DNA of 64,000 nt from a bacterium (lineage in GTDB: Bacteria > Patescibacteriota > Minisyncoccia > Phycocordibacterales > UBA9973): assembly GCA_037127795.1 (NCBI GenBank), contig JBAXXQ010000001.1, positions 405,198-469,197 of the forward strand, written 5' to 3'. Below are positions 27,703 to 36,003 of this stretch, piece after piece. The position numbers and the translations under genes were made by a program. The notes under the pieces were generated by a model that had not been told where the DNA came from, did not search any database, and worked only from the letters and a program-made list of their open reading frames with translations. Position 1 is the first letter of the stretch, and the number at the start of each line of letters is the position of its first letter.

Positions 27703-29484
27703 CTATTCTCCAGATTTCATTACTTTGATGAATACATCATGCGGTATATTTATCCGTGCGTATTCAGCCATTTTCTTCTTTCCCTTCTTTTGTTTATCGA
27801 GCAATTTGTTTTTTCGACTTACATCTCCTCCGTATAGGTGCCCAGTCACATCTTTACGAAACGCTTTGAGTGTGCGAGATGCAACAATACGGCCATATGC
27901 ACGAGCTTGGATTTTCATCACGACTTGCTGACGAGGAAGTAGTTTTTCAAGCTTGTCGACAAAATCATCTGCTTCTTCTTGCATGCGTTTACGAGAAATA
28001 ATCCGAGTAAATGCTGGCTGTTCTTCGTCTCCAATAATAATATCCATACGGATAACATCTGCAATACGAGACTCTATTTGTTCATATGCAATAGATGCAT
28101 ACCCAGAACTAATACTTTTTATACCATCAAAAAATCCTCGCATAAGCTCACGAAGCGGCATAAGTACTACCAACTTCATTCTTCCATCTCCAAATTGCTC
28201 AAGCTCTTCTACGGTCGCCTCGTGATCATAGAGAAACGGCATAAGCACTCCTGAGTATGACTCTGGACTCAAAATAGAAACTCGTACCCAAGGCTCCATT
28301 ACTTGCTGGATTTGCCCATCATCTGGAAAAAGGTGCGGTGAGTACACTGAGATAGTTTTTCCTCCGCGAACTATTACTTCATAAGTAATAGACGGCAATG
28401 TAACAATAAGATCAAGATTGAATTCTCGACGAAGACGCTCGGTAATAATTTCCAAGTGCAACATACCAAGAAAACCACATCTATATCCGCGACCAAGCGC
28501 ACCAGACACTTCTTCTTCAAAAGAAAATGCTGAATCAGAAAGTCTCAAACGGCCAAGCGCCATACGCAAATCATCAAAATTGTCCTGACTTTCTGGGTAT
28601 ATAGACGCCCAAACCACAGGGCGCGGCTGTGTGTACCCTGGAAGTGCTTCAGTCTTCCCTTTTTGACTCACAATAGTATCTCCAACAGAGGCAATACCAG
28701 GCTGTTTTATACCCGTCACAATGTAGCCTATAGTGCCCGAAGAGAGGTTTTCTTGGGCTGTAGGCTCTGGAGTAAAGACTCCCACTTCAAGGGCCTGAAA
28801 CGCTTGATTTGAGGCTGCAAAGCGCAATGTATCCCCTTTTTTGATACTTCCATCAAATACACGCACAAATACAATAACCCCTTTGTGATTTGAATAACTA
28901 AAATCAAAAACCAGTGCTTGTGGGTTGGGGGTGGTCAATACATGTGGTGGCGGAATACGGTCAATAATAGTATCGAGAAGCTCTGCAACACCGAGACCAG
29001 TTTTTCCAGACACTTGGACAATATCTGACTCTGATACATCGAGCAATGTACAAATTTCAAAAATAACTTCATCTATTTTTGCAAATGGCGCATCTACTTT
29101 TGTAATAACAGGAATAATAACGAGCCCACTTTCTTTTGCCATAGCGAGAGTTGTCAATGTTTGTGCTTGCACTCCTTGTGTACCATCGACAAGCAATAGC
29201 GACCCTTCAACAGCTTTCAATGCGCGAGAAACTTCATAAGAAAAATCTATATGTCCAGGAGTATCGATAAGGTTCAATACATGATCCTTATACCGCATTC
29301 GTACCGGCTGCATTTTGATAGTAATACCGCGTTCACGTTCAAGCTCCATAGAGTCGAGTACTTGGTCACGCATTTTACGCGCCTCAACAGTACCAGTAAC
29401 CTCAAGCATTCTATCTGCAAGAGTACTTTTACCGTGGTCAATGTGTGCAATAATACTAAAATTGCGTATTTTTGGTGATTCCAT
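27703..29484 (-). CDS. lepA: Elongation factor 4 (LepA)
   Basis: IRNFSIIAHIDHGKSTLADR G1 motif, DTPGHIDF, NKVD-like VITKVD, and the LepA-specific C-terminal region. The ORF track extends 16 codons further upstream. Confidence 0.9.
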   Translation of the reverse strand: MESPKIRNFSIIAHIDHGKSTLADRMLEVTGTVEARKMRDQVLDSMELERERGITIKMQPVRMRYKDHVLNLIDTPGHIDFSYEVSRALKAVEGSLLLVDGTQGVQAQTLTTLAMAKESGLVIIPVITKVDAPFAKIDEVIFEICTLLDVSESDIVQVSGKTGLGVAELLDTIIDRIPPPHVLTTPNPQALVFDFSYSNHKGVIVFVRVFDGSIKKGDTLRFAASNQAFQALEVGVFTPEPTAQENLSSGTIGYIVTGIKQPGIASVGDTIVSQKGKTEALPGYTQPRPVVWASIYPESQDNFDDLRMALGRLRLSDSAFSFEEEVSGALGRGYRCGFLGMLHLEIITERLRREFNLDLIVTLPSITYEVIVRGGKTISVYSPHLFPDDGQIQQVMEPWVRVSILSPESYSGVLMPFLYDHEATVEELEQFGDGRMKLVVLMPLRELMRGFFDGIKSISSGYASIAYEQIESRIADVIRMDIIIGDEEQPAFTRIISRKRMQEEADDFVDKLEKLLPRQQVVMKIQARAYGRIVASRTLKAFRKDVTGHLYGGDVSRKNKLLDKQKKGKKKMAEYARINIPHDVFIKVMKSGE

Positions 29485-29607
29485 ATTAGTATTGCATTTT
29501 AACACAAAAAACAAAAAATGTATATAAATCAAACTATAAATATAAAAAGCCCTGTGATATACACAAGGCTTTTAGTAAAAAAAATGAACGTAATTATTAT
29601 TTTACAT

Positions 29608-31980
29608 CTACAGTGATGAATCTTTTTTTAGATGGTATTTTTCAAAACCAGAAACTAAAATAGTATCGTATCTCGTAAGATTAAAACTTTTTTGATCTTT
29701 GATACCAGATAACATACTGTTGTTCAACATAAGAGCTGATTTAAAACCATCTTTCTCACTAACCACTGAGTTAGATATTGCTTCTTTTTGAAAAAGCACA
29801 CTATCTTTCGAGATTTCTTTTCGAGCCTCATCTGATATTGGAGCAATCAGTTTTATTTTTTCACCAACTTTTTTAACTTTTGCTTTTGCTAAAAAATCTG
29901 GATGAACACCAACAACTTCATTATCCCAAATTTTAACCTTAAAACTTGCCAATTCTTCACCTAACATACCAACAATAACTAAACCGTCATCTTGATTTAT
30001 TAGTGAATTTAAAGAAATAAGAGCATCTGTGTCTACATTAGCAATCTTTTGTTTAGCTTCTTTTCTAGTTTTAGCTAAGCTTTCTAATATAGGCTGTTTT
30101 TGATCAAGATAATCTTCGTATTCACCTACCTTTCGTTCGCGCAACAATTCAGTACTAATAGGTAATTCAAAAATTTTCAATGCAATACGGGCAGGTAAGA
30201 ATATTTCGTATGGATACAAATCCACAGAAGGTACTACTACACTTACACCTGTATATGCACATTTTTTTGTAAATAAGCACTTTACCGTCTCTTGATACAT
30301 CTTATCGAGAGATTTACAAAAAATCTTTCCATCTACAACAATCGCTTTGTCATATTGGGTTTTTGTATTAGAAAAAAGTGACCGTACAGCTGACACTAAC
30401 ATACAATACTCATTAACAAGTATTACTATTGGAGCTTTAATTTCCAAAAGTCTTTTAAATCGGTTGTTACGAATAATAATCCTACGATATAAGACATCAA
30501 TTGTCGACATACTATAAGTACCATCTTTTTCTTTTCCCAACATCCTAAAACCAGCAGGTATTACAAGTACATTTTCTAAAAAAACAGTTCCCTCAAAAGG
30601 TGCACATTGCTTTAATACACCTATTACAGATATATTATTTTTCGGATAAAACACCTCTCTAAACAATGAATCCAATTCCACACTACATTCAAGATTTTTA
30701 GCGCTAAAAAACTCTTTAAATAATTTTTGAAAATTAACACTTGTTTCATCTTGAAAAATAGGATTTGGTACAGGTACTGCCAAAGCAATATGACCAAAAC
30801 TACGGCGAAATATATCCTGTTTTTTTTCAGTGCCAAAAATCTTTTCACAAAATAATCCATTTTCTGAAAATTTTGTACAAGCTTTGTCACTAAAATAATC
30901 TGGAGTAGTAACCTCACCTTTTGATAAAGCTAATATTTCAGCTGTAGTTATTTTTGATACACGTAAATACGGTTTTTCTCCCTTAATAATCTCTGGTAGA
31001 AACCCCATACCCTGTAATAAACAAAAGCTATCCTCTAAAGAAACCCCTTCATCTGAACCAATAGTAATCCATTCAGAAACACTTTTTTCCAAACCTTTTT
31101 CTACTGCCTTTTGAATAAAAGTCTCCTTTAAAAGAACACCCTCATCTAATTGCATATTGTTTTTGAAAAATAACCCAGACATACCTACAGATTGACTTTT
31201 TGCTTCTACTAGGCCGGGCTGAATGTTGAATTTGAAAAAATCTACATACGCCTTTTCTTTAGTATCAACCCAATATGATCTGCCATTTTTATGCTCTCTA
31301 ACAGAAAGAAGAATCCTATCGTCTTTTTTGTTTTTAATAATATTTCTAAAATTCTCTTTTTCGGTTTTTTCCTCAGAAAGAATAGAAGATGTTACTACTA
31401 TTGAACAATAAATTTGTGGATCTTCTTCAAGCACAGGCATTTCTTTTTCACGAAGAATACCAGCCACAAGAAATTTTTGTTCTTCACAAAAAATAGTATC
31501 ACCAATAGAAAGATTACGTTTAATCAATAAGTAAATAGAAATTTTATTATCTACTCGCTCTGTCGATACTACGGTTGCCTTATCATAAAACCCCATAGAA
31601 ACTCCGGTATTTTCGATTATCTGACCGAAAACATTTTCCACCAGTCTTTCCTTAGAATTTTTTGGTTCAATTTTTTTAACTTTTGCAACCAGTAAATCAC
31701 CACAAGAAACCTCTGTACCAACATTAATAATACTGTCAGTACTACGTGCTTTGAAAAAATTTAAATCTTTTTCACTAATACGAGGCAGATTATTATCTAG
31801 CCATTCATCAGTTTCAAGTAAGATATCAACCTTTTCAACAATTGCTGTTTCAAAATATTTTTTATCAACAACTTTTTGGCTTACAAAAGCCATGTTTGGA
31901 GTATTGATGCCACCCCAAGAAGGCATAACAGTGGTAAGTAATCCTTTACTTACGGTGTCAGAAATTTTTCTTACGTTCAT
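29608..31980 (-). CDS. Degenerate RNA polymerase beta(C-terminal)/beta'(N-terminal)-like fusion protein lacking catalytic motifs
   Basis: Residues ~90-180 align with the RpoB C-terminal region (GDLLVAKVKKIEP..ERLVENVFGQ ~ GDILVGKVTPKGE..LLRAIFGEKA; ISIYLLIKRNLSIGD..EKEMP ~ VKVYLAVKRRIQPGD..IEDMP). GRHGNKG is replaced by CEEQKFLVAG. Residues ~360-640 align with the RpoC N-terminus (ENGLFCEKIFG ~ RDGLFCARIFG; RRSFGHIALAVPVPNPIF ~ RRERMGHIELASPTAHIWF; STIDVLYRRIIIRNNRFKRLLEIKAPIVILVNEYCML ~ [38 protein letters not shown]). No zinc-finger cysteines. No NADFDGD. Confidence 0.6.
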   Translation of the reverse strand: MNVRKISDTVSKGLLTTVMPSWGGINTPNMAFVSQKVVDKKYFETAIVEKVDILLETDEWLDNNLPRISEKDLNFFKARSTDSIINVGTEVSCGDLLVAKVKKIEPKNSKERLVENVFGQIIENTGVSMGFYDKATVVSTERVDNKISIYLLIKRNLSIGDTIFCEEQKFLVAGILREKEMPVLEEDPQIYCSIVVTSSILSEEKTEKENFRNIIKNKKDDRILLSVREHKNGRSYWVDTKEKAYVDFFKFNIQPGLVEAKSQSVGMSGLFFKNNMQLDEGVLLKETFIQKAVEKGLEKSVSEWITIGSDEGVSLEDSFCLLQGMGFLPEIIKGEKPYLRVSKITTAEILALSKGEVTTPDYFSDKACTKFSENGLFCEKIFGTEKKQDIFRRSFGHIALAVPVPNPIFQDETSVNFQKLFKEFFSAKNLECSVELDSLFREVFYPKNNISVIGVLKQCAPFEGTVFLENVLVIPAGFRMLGKEKDGTYSMSTIDVLYRRIIIRNNRFKRLLEIKAPIVILVNEYCMLVSAVRSLFSNTKTQYDKAIVVDGKIFCKSLDKMYQETVKCLFTKKCAYTGVSVVVPSVDLYPYEIFLPARIALKIFELPISTELLRERKVGEYEDYLDQKQPILESLAKTRKEAKQKIANVDTDALISLNSLINQDDGLVIVGMLGEELASFKVKIWDNEVVGVHPDFLAKAKVKKVGEKIKLIAPISDEARKEISKDSVLFQKEAISNSVVSEKDGFKSALMLNNSMLSGIKDQKSFNLTRYDTILVSGFEKYHLKKDSSL

Positions 31981-32077
31981 TTTATTATAGTTTTAAAGAA
32001 CGTGGTCCTACGTCTATTTTTATACTCCCATTTCGGTTTTGGAGTTATGAACAATATAGCAACTTATTATATTTTTG

Positions 32078-33715
32078 TCAATATATATTTATTTTCAATT
32101 TATTTTGTAATATACCAATAGTTTGGATTGCTGTCTCGTTTTTTATTGATACAAGAAATGCGATATACAAAATACTAAAGCAAATAGACAGTACAGCACA
32201 GTATATAAGTAGCGGGAGCAAATGAAGTGTTATAAGGTAGCTATGTAGTCGAATAAGAACAACACTTGCCATACCAAAAACGATCACACAACCCAACACA
32301 CTCTGCCATACTGTTTGCAAAATATTTGAATCAGCGATAATACCGTCTTGCTGCTCACTTTGTATTTTTTTATGTAATGCAACCCACAAAAGAATTGCAT
32401 TTATTATCTGCACGAGAGAATACGCTCCCACCAAAGCAAATACTTCTTGTCCTTTTACTATAGGAAATACATACAAAAAGATCCCTATAAAAATTGGTGT
32501 CAAAAATAATGCAAAGAAATTTATTTTCAAAGGAATCTTTGTCTCCCCCATTGCATAAAATCCTCGCACCAATACAAGTATCATACTTTGTACTGCAAAT
32601 GATATAGAGAATATCGCAAGACACCATGCAGCGATAGTTATATAGTGTGGACCAAAGTGTCCTGATCCGAGCAAAATGCGCACTGCGTATTCGCGGAACA
32701 ATATAGAAAGCGCACACAATGGAATCGAGATAAATACTATCATTGCAATAGTTCTATGTATAAGCCCAGAAAATCCTGATAGGTTTTTTTCTGTATACAA
32801 TTCAGATAATGCCGGGAAACTTGCTACCGCATATGATATACCAATAATCATCAACGGTGTTGTCTGGATATTATATGAGAGCTGGAAGAGAGACAGTGTC
32901 CCTACAGAAAGTACTGACGCAAATGCGCTGATAATGAGAAAAGATACTGAGTTGAGAGATAGTCCAATAGTTCTCGGAATAGAAAGCCTTATTACCTCTT
33001 TTACTAAAGGCATATCGATATGGTGAGTTATTCCTGTACGGATCCCCATTCGCTTCAATGGTACGTAGTGCGTCAAAAAGTGTAATATTGCGCCAATCAC
33101 AACACCGTAGACAATACCAATAATACCGAAATGCGGTAAGAAGAAAATAATACCTGCGAGGATACCGATATTGTACAAAACTGGTGATAATGCAAAAGCA
33201 AAGAACTTTTTTTCTATTTGAGAAAATGTACCGAGCAAGTTTGAAAGCCCCAAGAAAAATGGCGACAAGAGTAATACTCGAGAAACTTCTACAAACAACA
33301 CCTTATCAGCAAGAGTGAACCCTGGTACCAAGAAATGCGCAAGATACGGCATCGCAATAAAACACACAGTACACAATATACTCATTCCTATAAGGTAGAT
33401 AGACAAAATACTATCGAGAAATGTAGTAAGCTTTTCCCCTTTTTCTGTCGCATCTTTTGCAAGTATTCGTGTGATAAATGGAATAAGTACGGTCATTGAA
33501 AACAATGACGCAAATGATGCATACAGAAAATCTGGTAACTTGAATGCCGCATAGTATACATCAAGCGAAGATGACGGGCCCAATATACCTGCAAGCATGT
33601 GATCTCGCAACAATCCAATCAATTGTGAAAGCAAAGAAAAAGCACCAAGAAGCAGGGCTGCATGGTGCACATTCTTTGTATCTTTATGAAATAAATCTAC
33701 GATTTTTGAGAACAC
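32078..33715 (-). CDS. murJ: Lipid II flippase MurJ (MviN)
   Basis: 14-TM polytopic protein. The N-terminal LLGAFSLLSQLIGLLRDHMLAGILG...YYAAFKLPDFLY pattern is typical of MurJ. Confidence 0.8.
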   Translation of the reverse strand: MFSKIVDLFHKDTKNVHHAALLLGAFSLLSQLIGLLRDHMLAGILGPSSSLDVYYAAFKLPDFLYASFASLFSMTVLIPFITRILAKDATEKGEKLTTFLDSILSIYLIGMSILCTVCFIAMPYLAHFLVPGFTLADKVLFVEVSRVLLLSPFFLGLSNLLGTFSQIEKKFFAFALSPVLYNIGILAGIIFFLPHFGIIGIVYGVVIGAILHFLTHYVPLKRMGIRTGITHHIDMPLVKEVIRLSIPRTIGLSLNSVSFLIISAFASVLSVGTLSLFQLSYNIQTTPLMIIGISYAVASFPALSELYTEKNLSGFSGLIHRTIAMIVFISIPLCALSILFREYAVRILLGSGHFGPHYITIAAWCLAIFSISFAVQSMILVLVRGFYAMGETKIPLKINFFALFLTPIFIGIFLYVFPIVKGQEVFALVGAYSLVQIINAILLWVALHKKIQSEQQDGIIADSNILQTVWQSVLGCVIVFGMASVVLIRLHSYLITLHLLPLLIYCAVLSICFSILYIAFLVSIKNETAIQTIGILQNKLKINIY

Positions 33716-33723
33716 AATAAGTA

Positions 33724-35985
33724 CTATTTTTTCTTAGTAGTAGACTTTTTTACAACTTTTGTAGTTGTTGGAGCAGGAGTTGTTACTGGTTGCTGTACTG
33801 TTGCACTACCTCCTTGTTTAAGCTTTGCCAATACTTCGTCGATTCCTTGAGTATTTGGACTAAGACTTTTTACCTGAGTAAATGCATCAAGTGCGTCTGC
33901 ATTATCCTTGATACCTACATAGTAATTTCCAAGTACTACATATCCTGAAGGATCAAATGGTTCTACTTTTGTATATGAGAGCAATGCATCACGAGCACCA
34001 CTTGAGTCTCCTGCAGATTGCTTCAATTGCGCTTTCAATACATATGCATCGAGGTAGTTTGGTTTGAGACTTATAGCATCTGCAATATAGCCATATGCTT
34101 TGTCTGTATCTCCTGTAGCGATAGAAATTTGTGCGAGAGAAAGAAGTGGTAATGGATTCTTTGGTGCATGTGCCTTTGCTTGCAATGCTGCTTGTTCTGC
34201 ATTTTGCGCAGTTTCTGGTTTATCTTTGTTTATAACAAGTTGATATACCTGTGAGAGAGAAAGCCAGTTTGATGCATCAGTATTGTCCCATGCAACAGCT
34301 GCTTGTGCTGATTGTTCTGCACTTGAGAAATATCCTTGCAATGCTGTCTTATCTGGATTTTCTTTTTTTGCTTCTGTATTAAATTGGTTAATAAAGAGAT
34401 TTGTACGAGCTTGCAAATATACATCATTTGCTGAAAGTTGTACTGCTTCATTAATATCATCGATTGCTGTTGGAGCATCTTTTGCAAAGAATGCTTTGTT
34501 GTAATACACAGTACCGGCAAATTTATTTAATGAGAAATATACTGCTGAGAAACTAGTCATAATAGCAACAACCAAAACCAAGATAGCGAAGAAACTAGTA
34601 CGAGGATCTTTCAAATAGTGGAATGTAAGAACTTTTTTCTTATCAGCAAGACTTGGAATACCTATCAAGATACCGAGGTACAAGAAACTCATTACAATAA
34701 GGATAAATCCTGGTGTTGAGATGAGAGTAAGAATAAAGAATACTGTTACTACTACCAAACTAGTTACAGAAATAAATCGTGAGAATTTATCAGGCAATGC
34801 AACAGCAAAAGATTTGAATCCTTGAATAATTACCAATACAAATATTACGAGCAATGCGAGCACTGGAAGAATACCGTTTGTAGCAAAGAGTGATTCAAAG
34901 AAAGAGTACCCTGTTTCAAATGGAGTATTCCAAACTGTTGTTTGATTGATTCCAGCTGGGTGGTACAAATTCCATGCACTTGAGAATCGTCCTGCGCCTA
35001 CACCAAAGGCTGGATTTGCATGAAGAGATGAGCGAACGACTTCTGCTGTTGCACCAAATGAAGGACGAATATCATTGAATACTACTCCAGCATACCGAGC
35101 AAGACCATATCCAACTGACGCACTACTGAGGAAGAAGAATAGTCCGATAAGTAATGATCCAAACGCAAAGAATGGGAATACTTGTACCTTACTATCATCT
35201 TCTTGTAAATCACTATTAAGCTTTTTCAAGAATTGTGCACCTGAGCGTTCAATAGAAGATTTGTATACGAATACGATAAGTGCAGCAATAGTAGAAATAA
35301 TCCACACAATACCGATATTGAGGAACGCCATTACAATAAGAGTCACACCAAGTGCTATGTATGAGAATGTCTTCAAAAGCTTTTTAGGGCGAAGCACTTC
35401 ACACATAAGAAGAGAGAGGAGGAATGTAAATGATACAAAGTATCCAAAATCAATCCATGATCCTACCAATGTTCCTTGGTTTGATACTGCAGCAAAATGC
35501 TTTGCAACAAATCCTGTATTTTGAGATACATACAAGATTACTTGCAATACTATTGTTATTACTGATCCGAGGAATCCAGCAACAAACAATTTTGCGAGAC
35601 GTTTTTCTTCCATTGCAATAGTTGCAACAATGAATGCAAACAATCCCAATGTGAGTGTTGTTGCAAATGAATCAAGTGCGAAGCCTCGACCCCAGAGAGA
35701 AACACTTACATTTTTTGAAAATAGCGCTCCTATAAAAGAAAGTACTACCCAACCAGCAACAAATAACAATGTCTTACTTTTTGGTACAGTAATACTACCA
35801 GCAATAAATTGCCCTACGAACCATACAGAAACTGCTAAAAATGTTCCTGTGTAAAAGAGAACCCCTTTTAATGCTAATACGCCACCTACATTTACCGGAA
35901 GAAATAGGAATGGCAACAAACCGATCATTACACTAATAATTGAGAACGCGACTTTATTACATTTATCTACTATATTTTGGTGCAT
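33724..35985 (-). CDS. Polytopic membrane protein with C-terminal TPR repeats (O-antigen ligase/Wzy-like architecture)
   Basis: More than 10 TM helices in the N-terminal 450 aa. The C-terminal soluble region has TPR-like repeats (AYGYIADAISLKPNYLDAYVLKAQ..) and a Thr/Lys-rich tail. Confidence 0.4.
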   Translation of the reverse strand: MHQNIVDKCNKVAFSIISVMIGLLPFLFLPVNVGGVLALKGVLFYTGTFLAVSVWFVGQFIAGSITVPKSKTLLFVAGWVVLSFIGALFSKNVSVSLWGRGFALDSFATTLTLGLFAFIVATIAMEEKRLAKLFVAGFLGSVITIVLQVILYVSQNTGFVAKHFAAVSNQGTLVGSWIDFGYFVSFTFLLSLLMCEVLRPKKLLKTFSYIALGVTLIVMAFLNIGIVWIISTIAALIVFVYKSSIERSGAQFLKKLNSDLQEDDSKVQVFPFFAFGSLLIGLFFFLSSASVGYGLARYAGVVFNDIRPSFGATAEVVRSSLHANPAFGVGAGRFSSAWNLYHPAGINQTTVWNTPFETGYSFFESLFATNGILPVLALLVIFVLVIIQGFKSFAVALPDKFSRFISVTSLVVVTVFFILTLISTPGFILIVMSFLYLGILIGIPSLADKKKVLTFHYLKDPRTSFFAILVLVVAIMTSFSAVYFSLNKFAGTVYYNKAFFAKDAPTAIDDINEAVQLSANDVYLQARTNLFINQFNTEAKKENPDKTALQGYFSSAEQSAQAAVAWDNTDASNWLSLSQVYQLVINKDKPETAQNAEQAALQAKAHAPKNPLPLLSLAQISIATGDTDKAYGYIADAISLKPNYLDAYVLKAQLKQSAGDSSGARDALLSYTKVEPFDPSGYVVLGNYYVGIKDNADALDAFTQVKSLSPNTQGIDEVLAKLKQGGSATVQQPVTTPAPTTTKVVKKSTTKKK

Positions 35986-36003
35986 ATGGGTATAAGTATA
36001 CTA

